From NCBI GenBank assembly GCA_977016875.1, contig CDRNST010000031.1, positions 3,348,001 through 3,412,000 of the forward strand: a stretch of DNA of 64,000 nucleotides, written 5' to 3'. The DNA is from Pavona decussata. Taxonomy: Eukaryota. Positions 40,220 through 50,974 of the stretch are shown one piece after another; position 1 is the first letter of the stretch; each line of letters opens with the position of its first letter. Both the position numbers and the translations under genes were made by a program. The notes below the pieces were generated by a model. That model saw only the letters and a list, made by a program, of their open reading frames with translations, ran no database searches and was not told the DNA's origin.

Positions 40220-43200
40220 TCAAGAGTTCACCTCCAGAGGAACAACATGTTGAATGGGTCGTCGCAAGCGCTGAATTGAACTACCATTGGTACTCGTAAC
40301 TCTAACTGAAACTGCTCGCACCTTTCCATCTCGGCCCGGGTGCAATTCTTCTACTTTCGCAAGCTTCCAGAAGCTTCGACGAACGCTGTCATTTTTGAGA
40401 ATAACAATGTCTCCAACCTTGACCCCTGTATCGCCATTGTCTCCCCTTAGCCGTGCGTTCTTGATAACATGTTCTCTTAAGCTGGTTAAATATTCATTTC
40501 TCCATTGACGAGTGAATTGTCCCAACAGATGCCTATGATGTTTAAGTCGCTTCGTCAGAGAATCGTAGGTGCTAGTGATTTCGAAATGTTGACTGTTCGG
40601 AGTTGTAGTAACTCTTCGACCATAAATCAGATCCGATGGCGTTAAGGGATACGAGATCGATTCCTCGTCGTCATACACATAAGTTAGCGGCCTTGCGTTG
40701 ATCAACCCTTCTATTTCCGTTAATAGAGTACTTAGCTCCTCGTGGGTGAGGGTAGATTTTCCGATGGTTTTTTGGATAGGAGACTTTACGCTGCGGACGA
40801 GCCTTTCCCAGTAGCCTCCCCACCACGGCGCCTTTTCCACAATGAAATTCCAACTGATTTGATTGTTGGTTAAATATCGCCAAACTTCCGGTGACCGTAC
40901 TAATTTGCGAATATCCTTGCTTGATGATTTGAAAGTTTTTGCATTGTCCGATTGAAGATTAGCCGGGAGTCCTCTTCTACTGGTGAATCTTCTGAAAGCA
41001 AGCAGGAAATCTTGGACACCGAGTCCACGAGTCAACTCTAAGTGCACTGCACGGGTTGAAGCGCATGTAAATAAACACACGTAAACTTTGACACATTCAG
41101 CGTTGTTGACGTTTTCCTTTACGTAAAATGGCCCAGCGAAGTCGATTCCAACATTAGTAAAAGGTGGATCGTCTGAGACTCGGTTGGTTGGAAGATCAGC
41201 GAACGGTGGAGGTTTGCATGGTGCTGCATCGAATCGTCGGCAGACAACGCAGTGTCGAATGATTTTCTTGACTGTCTCGCGACCGCGTAAAATCCAGAAA
41301 CGTTCTCGTAAGTTCGTAAGCGTGTCCCTTATCCCAGAATGCTTGACTAAATCGTGAATATTCCTAATAGTGAGATTGGTGAAAGCGTGTTTGGCAGGCA
41401 AAAGTATCGGGGTTCTGGCAGAAGACGATAGGGAAGCATTTGCGATCCGTCCTTTGCATCTGATAATTCCATCGTCGTCGAGAAACAGTCCCAACTGGGG
41501 AACACGTATAGGTGGCGTTGATTTCGAATCCCTTCGAGTCAGAAAAGAAAGTTCATCGGTAAAAGACGATGCTTGAACCGAGTGTATCCACAGATTCTCG
41601 GCGTCCTTCAATTCGGTGGTTGTTAAATCTTCCATTTCTTCTTTCCGGTTTTCAAGTGTTCGGTTTTTGAGCTTGTTGATGAACTTGATCACAAACGCTG
41701 TTACTCTAATTAATTTCGTCCTGTCGCTGAACCGTCCAATGTCGATTATCTGGTCAACTTTCGGGTTGAATTTGTCGCGGGCAGTGGTAATAAGGGAATG
41801 TGTTACATCTGGTACGTTCTTGACGGCTTCCTGTAAAATTTGTTCTTCGTTCACTTGTTCCGATGGAGAAGTTTCGGGCCATTCATTCTCGGATTGATAC
41901 AAAAAACTCGGACCATTCCACCACGTATTGCTGGCAGAAAGTTCTTTCGCTGATAGTCCACGCGATGGTAGATCGGCAGGATTTAATTCTCCTGGACAGT
42001 GCCTCCATAAATCTTTGGGAGTTAGACGTCGAATTTCTTCTACTCTTTGACCGATGTACTGCTTCCATACTCTTTCATTTTTGATCCAGCATAGAGCAGT
42101 TGTAGAATCACTCCAGAGAACGGTTGTGTATTCAGCTCCAATCGACTTTAACTTGTTAACGAGTCGGGCCAAAATTAATGCTCCTAGTAATTCCAATCGA
42201 GGAATTGTCTGTGCCTTGATAGGAGCGACTCTCGATTTTGAAGCGACCAATTTAACTTCGATTCGACCATCACTGTACGTGTTTCGAATATAAACCACCG
42301 CGGCGTAGGCGCGTTCTGAAGCATCACTGAAGCCATGTATCTGAGAGGTTACAGGTTGTCGCGAAAAATAACATCGAGGAATACGATAGCCGCCAATGAA
42401 CTTCAGATCTTGGAGAAACGATTTCCATCGGTGAAGCAAAGTTCCTTGTAATTCTTCGTCCCAGTTTGTTTTGTTGATACAAAGTTCTTGAAACAAGATC
42501 TTCATCTCTATTGTAAGAGGCGTCAAAAATCCCATGGGGTCGAAGATCTTGGCCGTAACCTTTAAAACAGATCGCTTGGTGAGGGGAAGTGCTTGTGCAA
42601 ATGGGCACAGATCGGAGAAATTGAAGAAAATTTCGTCTGTGAGAGTGTTCCAGTTCATTCCTAGAATTTTAACTACTACATCTTCGTTGTCAGAAGTCGT
42701 TGAGTCGCAACCAACACTCGATTTCGCGAATGATTCGTCATCTTCTTTGTTGACATTAGTGACCTCCTGTTGTGTGTTTGCTGATCCTTGTGAACTTTCA
42801 AGTTTCGTAATTTGCATTTGTAGTTTTCGCGAGTTCGATCGCCATTTTCTGAGATTGAATCCTCCACTGGACATAACCTTCTTGCATCTCTTGTAAACAG
42901 AGAGACCTCTTTCTTCGTCTGACTCCCCCGTTAACAGGTCGTCCACGTACAGAGATTGTTCCAATAATTCAGCGATTTCGGGGTCACTTTGTTTGTGTAG
43001 TTGTAAGTGATGTAGAATTGTCGCTCCCAAAATAGCAGGCGAGGGGCGTAACCCAAACACGAGCCGTGTGAACCTGTATTGTACAATTTCAGGCTTAACG
43101 CAATCTGGGTTTCTTAACCATAAGAATCGAAGAAAGTCTCGATGATCCTCTTGGATTCCCACCATAAGGAAGGCCTTTTCAATGTCAGCTGTGATACCGA

Positions 43201-45838
43201 CAGGATTCTTCCGAAAGCGCGCTAGCATATTGAAAACATGTGGGATGTGATTTGGCCCAGTTTCAAGGCAATCGTTGAGTGACTTCTCTTGGTTACCAGA
43301 TTTTGCTGACCCATCGTACACAATTCGTACCTTCGTAGTCTCACGATCCTTTCTTACTACTGCATGATGAGGCAAATAATGATGTCGCGCAGCAATTTTC
43401 TCTTTATTCGGTACTTGCTCGATTATCCCCTTTGATAACTGGTCTTGAATGATGTTGTCGTATTCGGCTAATAACTCTGGGTCTTTGCGCAGCTTGTGAT
43501 GTAAGGATCTTAATCGCGATTCGCACAACAGATAGTTGTTGGAGGATAGCGGCAAACAATTTTCTTTCCACGGTAAATTGACTTCGTATCGGTCTTCGCT
43601 CCATGCAACGTCGATTTTGAAAGATTCCTTCGTTTCCTGTTGAGTCAGATCCTTAATGCCAATTGCCTCAGTCTCCCAAAAGTTTTTCAGAGTGTTCGTG
43701 AGAACGTCGTCTTCGTTTCGGGCAAATAGGTCGTCATGGCCTTCGATTATTAAATTTGAATGCGTAACATAACTCCGATCGAGTGTTCCTTTAACTGGTC
43801 CAGACAGCAGCCACCCGAGTTTGCTATTTACAGCAATGGGACCTTCGTCTCCTCGTCTTGTCTCCCCCGTTACAAAATGCCAGTAATAATCGCAGCCGAT
43901 CAGAATATCAATCGAACCTTCGGCGTCAAACGGTTCATCCGCTAGTTCCAATCCATCCAAATGCGGGTAGTTTACAGAGACCTTGCCAGGTAAAGGCGAG
44001 CAAATAACCGGAAATGTCAGAGCAGAAATTTTAATGGCATCTTCGCATCCAGACCTTCGTACTTGTAATTTCACAACATCGCAATTCTGCTTCTTGTACT
44101 TTGCTTCTCCAAATGTGTTCAAGTTGAGTCGTTCAGTTTGAAGTGATTTCAGATGAAGTGTTGCTCGTAAATTCTCAGTGATGTAAGAGCGCTGACTTCC
44201 ACTGTCGAAAAGTAATCTCACCACGGTCGATCTAGTCCCATCTTCGTTTGTCGCTACAGCCTTAGCTGTTTGAAGTAACACTCTGCAATTCGGTTTTGAA
44301 CTCTCGCGATTTGTCGTAGTTGCTGTTGTGATGCCAGTATTCTCTCTTTCGTTGATCGTCTGGTCCCTAGGTCTTTCTTGTGAAGATCGGTCGGAATTGA
44401 GGGGACGTTCTGTATTCTGCGCGTTGTTGTTGTTGGAGGAGTTCGCGTTTCGTGGACAAATCGATTGATGGTGTCTCTTGTCGCATCTTCTGCAAGTTTT
44501 CTGGCATTGATCCTGTTGATGTCCCTTTCGAAGGCACATGAAACATCTTTTGTCCCGAGCAAGGATGGTTCTGCGAGCGTTTAATTCGGTGACCGTTTCG
44601 CACGAAGCTGAGAAATGTTTCCCAGAACAGTAAACACAAGTCGGCGCAAACTTTTGGGTTTGTGAATCAGCAAGATAGGCACCAGAAGTACCGGGTGGAA
44701 TAGTAGGTGGCAAAACCTTCGATTTATCAGGAACAAAATGTGGAGGAGGCTGTCGTTTTGATTCTAAAGGTGGGACGGTTTTAACTCTTTCGCTCATTTC
44801 TCTCGCTTCGATTTCGCGTTGTAAAAGGTCGAGCAGCGGTTCGATTTCCCAGACATCTTGACTAGTGTTGCGAGCGACGTGAATTCGTATATCGGGAGGA
44901 AGTTTCGACATAATTACCGGAATGAGAAGACTTCCATACTGTGCAGATTTGATTCCCAGGGCTTCTAAGCCTCTTACGTTTACGCTGATTTTGTCATACA
45001 AATAACGGAGTTGAGAAGGCCTTTCTGAAGAACATACGGAGATTTTCAAAAGTTCGTCCATGTGGGAAGCGATGATTTGTTGTGGTTTTCCGAATCGTTT
45101 CATCAAAATGTCCACAGCCGCTTGGTAGTTGTCTTCGGTAATCGGTAACCCTGCAATGGCGCGTGACGCTGCTCCCTCGAGTTGAGCTACTAGATAATTG
45201 AACCTTACGATTTTCGATAAATTCGGGTTCGAATGGACGGCACTTTCGAATGTATCCCAGAACGGCTTGAACTGTGTCACTTCGCCTCTAAATTTAGGTA
45301 AGGTGAGCTTTGGTAGTTTAGATGTCGCTGCATTTGTTGTAGGAGGTGTACCACTATGTTGGGAAGTTTGATTCGGCGAAGGAGGAGCTGAAAAAGCTGG
45401 AGGAGATCCCGTTGTTTGTATGGCTTGAGTCGAAGGAGGCGTCGATAGTGAACCGGTCGGAATAGAAGGGTTGTTTTCTGTAAATTGTGCCGCGGATCCG
45501 GTTGTCGTGTAAGTTGTACTCGTATTTGAGGGCGTTGTCGTGAGGGAAATATTCGCAAGAGCGTCCATTACTCGCATTTTCAATGTTTCGGCTTCGTCAA
45601 TTTCCTTTTCGATTTCCTCCACTTTACAGACGGATACGATTTTTTCGTCTAGATCTGAGACCAGTTTCGATTTTTCCTTTAACATTTCTTCGATTCTCGT
45701 TAACTTGTTTTTCGTTTTGATATCCAATTCGGAGGTCGCATTTTCCAAGATTGTATCGGCTTCGACGATGAGCTTCGTTATGACTCCTCTATTGGCCCCG
45801 CGAGTTGCTCTTAGTCGTGGTAGATCTCCTTCTGACAT
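40220..45838 (-). CDS. BEL/Pao Gag-Pol polyprotein (1872 aa from MSEGDLPRL)
   Basis: DUF1759-like gag (LPKLTLPKFRGE...FWDTF); three Cys/His knuckles (CVYCSGKHFSASC, CFMCLRKGHQQDQC, CRRCDKRHHQSIC); protease LFDSGSQRS; RT ADIEKAF...YVDD; RNase H FSDASERAY; integrase H..H/C..C, IDFAGP, SDNA, PWWGGYWERLV; DUF5641-like end. Order PR-RT-RH-IN. First ATG after the PBS is at 45838. Confidence 0.95.
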   Translation of the reverse strand: MSEGDLPRLRATRGANRGVITKLIVEADTILENATSELDIKTKNKLTRIEEMLKEKSKLVSDLDEKIVSVCKVEEIEKEIDEAETLKMRVMDALANISLTTTPSNTSTTYTTTGSAAQFTENNPSIPTGSLSTPPSTQAIQTTGSPPAFSAPPSPNQTSQHSGTPPTTNAATSKLPKLTLPKFRGEVTQFKPFWDTFESAVHSNPNLSKIVRFNYLVAQLEGAASRAIAGLPITEDNYQAAVDILMKRFGKPQQIIASHMDELLKISVCSSERPSQLRYLYDKISVNVRGLEALGIKSAQYGSLLIPVIMSKLPPDIRIHVARNTSQDVWEIEPLLDLLQREIEAREMSERVKTVPPLESKRQPPPHFVPDKSKVLPPTIPPGTSGAYLADSQTQKFAPTCVYCSGKHFSASCETVTELNARRTILARDKRCFMCLRKGHQQDQCQKTCRRCDKRHHQSICPRNANSSNNNNAQNTERPLNSDRSSQERPRDQTINERENTGITTATTTNRESSKPNCRVLLQTAKAVATNEDGTRSTVVRLLFDSGSQRSYITENLRATLHLKSLQTERLNLNTFGEAKYKKQNCDVVKLQVRRSGCEDAIKISALTFPVICSPLPGKVSVNYPHLDGLELADEPFDAEGSIDILIGCDYYWHFVTGETRRGDEGPIAVNSKLGWLLSGPVKGTLDRSYVTHSNLIIEGHDDLFARNEDDVLTNTLKNFWETEAIGIKDLTQQETKESFKIDVAWSEDRYEVNLPWKENCLPLSSNNYLLCESRLRSLHHKLRKDPELLAEYDNIIQDQLSKGIIEQVPNKEKIAARHHYLPHHAVVRKDRETTKVRIVYDGSAKSGNQEKSLNDCLETGPNHIPHVFNMLARFRKNPVGITADIEKAFLMVGIQEDHRDFLRFLWLRNPDCVKPEIVQYRFTRLVFGLRPSPAILGATILHHLQLHKQSDPEIAELLEQSLYVDDLLTGESDEERGLSVYKRCKKVMSSGGFNLRKWRSNSRKLQMQITKLESSQGSANTQQEVTNVNKEDDESFAKSSVGCDSTTSDNEDVVVKILGMNWNTLTDEIFFNFSDLCPFAQALPLTKRSVLKVTAKIFDPMGFLTPLTIEMKILFQELCINKTNWDEELQGTLLHRWKSFLQDLKFIGGYRIPRCYFSRQPVTSQIHGFSDASERAYAAVVYIRNTYSDGRIEVKLVASKSRVAPIKAQTIPRLELLGALILARLVNKLKSIGAEYTTVLWSDSTTALCWIKNERVWKQYIGQRVEEIRRLTPKDLWRHCPGELNPADLPSRGLSAKELSASNTWWNGPSFLYQSENEWPETSPSEQVNEEQILQEAVKNVPDVTHSLITTARDKFNPKVDQIIDIGRFSDRTKLIRVTAFVIKFINKLKNRTLENRKEEMEDLTTTELKDAENLWIHSVQASSFTDELSFLTRRDSKSTPPIRVPQLGLFLDDDGIIRCKGRIANASLSSSARTPILLPAKHAFTNLTIRNIHDLVKHSGIRDTLTNLRERFWILRGRETVKKIIRHCVVCRRFDAAPCKPPPFADLPTNRVSDDPPFTNVGIDFAGPFYVKENVNNAECVKVYVCLFTCASTRAVHLELTRGLGVQDFLLAFRRFTSRRGLPANLQSDNAKTFKSSSKDIRKLVRSPEVWRYLTNNQISWNFIVEKAPWWGGYWERLVRSVKSPIQKTIGKSTLTHEELSTLLTEIEGLINARPLTYVYDDEESISYPLTPSDLIYGRRVTTTPNSQHFEITSTYDSLTKRLKHHRHLLGQFTRQWRNEYLTSLREHVIKNARLRGDNGDTGVKVGDIVILKNDSVRRSFWKLAKVEELHPGRDGKVRAVSVRVTSTNGSSIQRLRRPIQHVVPLEVNS

Positions 45839-45857
45839 CTTTTCTTCAGGTCGTGAT

Positions 45858-45880
45858 TTCGAGCCCCACGTTGGGCGCCA
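45858..45880 (-). promoter_or_regulatory. Primer-binding site complementary to tRNA-Lys(CTT)
   Basis: + strand TTCGAGCCCCACGTTGGGCGCCA equals the 3' end, including CCA, of metazoan tRNA-Lys(CTT). Confidence 0.9.
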
Positions 45881-46117
45881 TGTTATAAACACGAAGTAGT
45901 CGTAATCGTTTTCGTATAAATTCTGATTTATTCCACTTTGATATCGTACAGAAAAGACCTTTCGAGTTAAATCACACGCCCCTAAATAAACCCACTAAAT
46001 TTGATATCCTACAAAAACCAGTAAATCAAGTTGTTGTCATGTGCTCTCTTTGTCCAAACAAAACGAAAAGCGTGACGACTTTGATTACATAACAAATACG
46101 CGTGGCTGTTTATGACA
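45881..46117 (-). repeat. 5' LTR of the BEL/Pao element
   Basis: Matches 39817-40053; directly followed on the minus strand by the PBS TGGCGCCCAACGTGGGGC. Confidence 0.95.
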
Positions 46118-49100
46118 GGGTATACAAAATCAGTATTTCTATGGAATGTACTACGTATTGTGACGTTTTAGTCCCAGCCATGGACAGTGGAAATCAAATG
46201 CTGAAAAAATATTCGTGGTTGTCACTTTGATAGAGATGAATAAAGACAAAAGCCTCCTCCTGCACTGAAAATTATAAAGTGGCACCAGTTTGGAATTCTT
46301 GCTTTCAGTGACACACTATGACTAAACATCCGCCTTCCTCTTACTGTGTTATTTAGTCTAGGAAAAATTATTAAACAGTTGAATTGAGATACGAAGGATT
46401 CTCGTTTTTATACTCAGTATTTTAATGAGACAACGTTGAAAACCTAGCAAACCGGATGAACCGTTCGAGAACTTTACTTATTCAAATTCATTGCGTTTCA
46501 TTCACGTAAACAGTTCAACTTGTAAATAAGAATCGAATCCGAGTTATTTTTGATCATTACGCCGTTTAGCTCTCGAAGCAAAGTGAACCACTTGTTGTCC
46601 GTTTGGACGCAGTTGTTGGGTTGATTTTCTGCGATTTTTCGAGTTTTTAGGGGTCTTCAATAACACCCGAAGCGACTAAAATTTTTATGAATTGGGCCTA
46701 AATTAATGGCACTAATTAAATATAGACATTTGCATTTGTTAAATTCGTTTCCTTCCACTCCGTGTAAAGTTTGTAATGGGAACTGATATAATCACATCGT
46801 TCTCCTATTTTTGTTGCCCTTCAGATGAAACAAAGATAGTAATAGCAAAAGATACTTTCGTTCCTTCTGGTCATTTTGTCGCCGAGACGAAATGTTCAGC
46901 CTTTTGCTAAAACGGCAGTCATTACTGATTCGAAGCTCTCTGGCCATTTCCGCTCATTTTATATTCCTTCTGCGGTTGGTTGTTAAGGGATTCCATTAGA
47001 TGCCTAGTGGAGCACGTAGCTTGTTAAATGATCGCATACCAGTTGATATTGTAACTATAGAACACTGTGCTCCAAGATCGTTTGTATGCAAACTCCCGCC
47101 TCCAAATCCCGCCTAAGAGGGCGCTGAAAATTTTCTTTCGTGGCTGTAAGTAAACAATCGTGATGTATCTTGCTTATTTTGCAAGATTGCCGGAAGCGAA
47201 TCTGCATGCCGTCAGCTCGCGTGAGTTGACATTTGGGACTACTCAATATCCGGTGCAACGTTCGATTTCCGCTCTTAAAATGTTTGCAAAATATAGCAGC
47301 GCACCTGAGAACGCTTTGCTTGTAATAACACGGGATAGAAAAATAATAATAACAAAGCACTTTTATGGTGTTAGACAGTGATTGTAACATGGTACTTTGT
47401 TTTCATTTGTGTTAAGAGAGCATCAATGTTTTCAGTTTTAATATACTTGTGATAGCTGTGGAATTGAAGTAGCTGTGAGAGTGTTTATAAGACATTTTAC
47501 GGTAGTCAATAGTGCCCGAGTGGATTTTTCAACCGCAGGGATACCTACTTAATGATTTTATAAAGGTTTTCTTCCGGACGAATATAACCATGTCTTCTTT
47601 TAGACTAATTTAACTATTTTTAACTTTTTACATACTCCCACTTTCTTATTTTGGTTTGGTTTATCCTAACTCGTCCTAACTGCTCGAATCGTTTGTAGTT
47701 AAATAGTGTGATTTATTTCTTATTTCTACAACATGGCGACCAAATATGCACTTCCTTTAAAAGCAAATAACTGAAGCAATATTTTGAGTTTGTGTGAGAA
47801 AGGACAAAATTAATTTGTTTAAATTAGAAAAATACACATCTTTGTAGGAAATTTATTGCAAAGCAATGTGCAATTATTTAAAAAATATTAATATTTTAAC
47901 GAGGTAAAATAAAACACCGTGAATCGGTGTGGGTTTCAGGAAGACCGTTTTTGAACCGCCCTTTACAGTGATCACGTTTCATAATTGCAAACTCAATCCT
48001 ATTCAAGTTTCTTCCGACTAGTCTATCAGTGCATTTTTGAAGTGTTTTAGTCACTCATTCGTTACGAAGCAGCTGGTAGGAATTTAACTAGCGGGGTAGA
48101 AACCCAAATAACTTCAGTTGTCTGTGATTTATAGTCCTGCTCAGCCATCTGCTCTTGACAATGTCCGCAGCTGTTGAATTTCCGACTTTGCTTGCGTTCA
48201 AGCAGGTGGGCGAGCGGAATAATTTGTAAATGAATAAGTCCACCATAAACAGTCCCTGTTAATGCTTGTAGCTTAGGCTCTGCCAGAGTATTCGAGTCTT
48301 TTTTGTTTTGTCAATACCGCCAATATTTTGAACACAGCGCTTTTCACGGTCTCACTAAATAACCCGGTTTTAAACTTTAAAAGGCGGCAAACAATGCCAA
48401 AACGTCCAAATAACAACCATTGAATGGTCATTTTGTTTCCATTAATCCCTTCACTGTGTCAAATGTGATACTCGGCAGCCAAGGTTATGAACTTTTTCCA
48501 AAGAAAATTTTTAGTTTTGCACGAGTTTGAACGCATTTTGCTTTCGAGGTTGTTTTGTCTTTTTCAAAACCAGAGCAAGCTATCGCGGCCAATTATTTGG
48601 ATCAGCAAACAAGCGAACCTTCTCAAATTCCGCTACTGTGAACTTAGAATTCATTTTGCGTCATAAAGATAGCCATTGTCTTTCAAGCGACTTCTTGAGG
48701 GAAGATTATTTTAAGAATCACTGCCCGTCAAACAAAAGGAACTTCACGCAAATTTAACAATTTCTATGGCGGCCAGATGTTCGTTCGCACAGGTGTGGCG
48801 CACAATGGAACACTGGTCGCCTGTCAAAGCTTAGATTAAATCTTTATTGTTCTTCGTGATGTTCATTGTGTTTAGAGTAGCGAGAAAACGTGGAGTCACT
48901 GAGAGGCTTGAAGGGGCGGCCCATCCCATAATGCCGTGCTTTGTCAATCTAATTACAGCTGGGCATTAGCAAACAACGGCCCCTGCTAGGAAAAAACACT
49001 GCATGAATATTAATATAGTTGAGTTGAACTCTTGCGTTTGTTTTCAAAGCAAGTCATTGCCACCACTTGCCCGTAAGAGAGGAGCTAATTACACCCTATA

Positions 49101-49440
49101 ACACTACAGTTTTTGCTTCTGGTCTTTGCTGCGAGACACACTGTTCACTTACTGCACGCCGTTCCCGCGCGCGCGATAATTTATTCAAAACGGAATTTCC
49201 TCATTCGCTAAACGCGTGGGTCTCGGTGCGTAGGAGGCTAGTTTAGTGCCCAAGCCGCCGCATTGTTTGGTTTTCAATGAATGGATTTGAATTAGCGTGA
49301 AGTGTAAAAGTTTTCACATTCGGTTGTTGAGCGTACTAGCGGTCGCTTCGGAGTGTTTCTGGTGATCAACACCAGTGTTGAGACATCGTCACAGCGAACG
49401 AGCGCAAAAATAGTTCAGTGCCAAGGTTATCTTGAGCGAG

Positions 49441-49572
49441 GTAAGAGCTGGATATTGATGGGGCCCTTGTTTGCCGTTGATTTTGATTGAAAATATAGTT
49501 TTTATTACACACTCAATCACGCGAACTCATGAGTCATGACTGAACACTAACTGGAGTTTAACCCCATTACAG
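49441..49572 (+). other. Putative 5'-UTR intron of mycB
   Basis: Strong donor cgag|GTAAGA at 49441; acceptor cattacAG at 49572, 12 nt upstream of the ATG. Confidence 0.6.
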
Positions 49573-49584
49573 TGTGTGAAAGAA

Positions 49585-50125
49585 ATGGCCTTGTCCGTAA
49601 GCAGTCTTCTACTGGAGAGCTTCAGTAGCGACTTCGATCCACTGCAGCCTTCGCTGTTCAAGGATTTAAGCGATGATTCAGCAGACTTGAAGACTAGGAG
49701 TAAGGAAACAACGGACGACCTCTGGAAGAATTTTTCATTTCCGCCGACGCCACCGATCTCACCGGCAAGTTCACCGCCGTATGCCATAACCGACGAGGCA
49801 AGAGAGCAGCCAGTTTGTCATGGTATAGCCGACGAAGGGCTCTCTATAGACGAGGAGTGTTCGCTGTACTTCCAAGCCGGCGACCTCAAGGATATATTGA
49901 TCAAAGACTGCATGTGGAATGGAGCGGCCTTCGAGAAATCAGCAGACAGGAAACAACGAATGCATTCAAGAATGGAGCGCGTACGTCTCTTAAGCCAGAC
50001 ACCGCCACTCAGCGAATCCGCGGCCAGAATTTTGAGCGTGGATCCGTCGGAGATTTTTCCCTTTCCTCTCAGCGCAAGCCCCGGTAGCGAGCTTCGGGAA
50101 AACATGGATGAGCAGTCGGATTCCG
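49585..50125 (+). CDS. myc: Myc-family transcription factor, paralog B (most canonical), coding exon 1; gene model join(49585..50125,50382..50974), 377 aa
   Basis: MB0-like SDFDPLQPSLF, MBI DLWKNFSFPPTPPISP, MBII ILIKDCMWNG, MBIIIa SVDPSEIFPFPL. Donor GATTCCG|gtaggt at 50125/50126 (phase 1). Confidence 0.93.
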
Positions 50126-50381
50126 GTAGGTATAACCGCTTGGATAAATAATAAATATACTCGATCTGGCTGATTGAACCTCTGTTTTCCGTGTTCGCCG
50201 ATCTATGACCGTGGCTGACATTGATGCGCGCGTTCCCATTGATTGGGTCAATTTTTTCGGCGTCTCCCGCATCCTAGACTCGGAAATGTTTCACGTAAAG
50301 CCGATCAATTTTTGTCTCTGTCTCGAGAAGAGCAATTTAATGATTTTCTAACATTCTTGTTTGTTTTTGCAAACTTTACAG

Positions 50382-50974
50382 AAGAAGAGGAAGTCGAAGT
50401 CGATGTTGTCACTATAGAGAACTCCAAACGCGAGCAGCAAGCCGAAGAGTTAATGGAGGAGGCTGAAAGTGAGAAAAATTGTGAAACGACGATTGCGGAA
50501 AGCGTGTCAAGTGAACCGGCATCTCCTGAACTGTCGAGCGGCGAAGACAAACAGGACTTCCCTGACGACGAGAAATCGGATTTTGTGGGCAAGATCCGCA
50601 CACGTCGACATAGGAAAGTTTTATCGAGCGACGGATTAAATTACAGAGACGGGAAAAAAGTTGTTAAGAACATGAGCAGTTCCGGGGAGAGTGACGAATC
50701 GGAGAATGATAGTGAGTTTACGCGCGCAACTCATAACGTCTTGGAGCGAAAGCGACGAAACGACTTGAAACTGAAGTTTCAAAAGTTGCGGGACTGTGTG
50801 CCGGAATTGAAGGACAACGAACGGGCGCCGAAAGTGTCCATTTTGCGGAAATCTTGGGAGTATATAAGCCACATAAAACAAGAAGAAATCAAACTGCTCG
50901 CGGAGTTGGAAAAACAAAAGAAAATTAACGCTGCACTGTTGAGAAAGCTTTTGGCTTTGAATCAAACGAACTAG
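50382..50974 (+). CDS. myc: Myc-family transcription factor, paralog B, coding exon 2 (MBIIIb + bHLH-Zip)
   Basis: Polypyrimidine tract and ttacag|AA acceptor at 50381/50382. [13 protein letters not shown] (MBIIIb). [48 protein letters not shown] plus leucine zipper; TAG at 50972-50974. Confidence 0.95.

Larger units (their letters stand above)
39817..46117 (-). mobile_element. Full-length BEL/Pao LTR retrotransposon
   Basis: Two 237-bp LTRs (39817-40053, 45881-46117), TG...CA, identical by eye. 5-bp TSD GGGTA (39812-39816, 46118-46122). tRNA-Lys PBS next to the right LTR, PPT next to the left LTR, single intact gag-pol ORF. Confidence 0.97.

Noticed and set aside
45839-45892. First 18 codons of the 1890-aa ORF
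   Set aside because: They overlap the LTR and PBS; the first ATG is at 45838.
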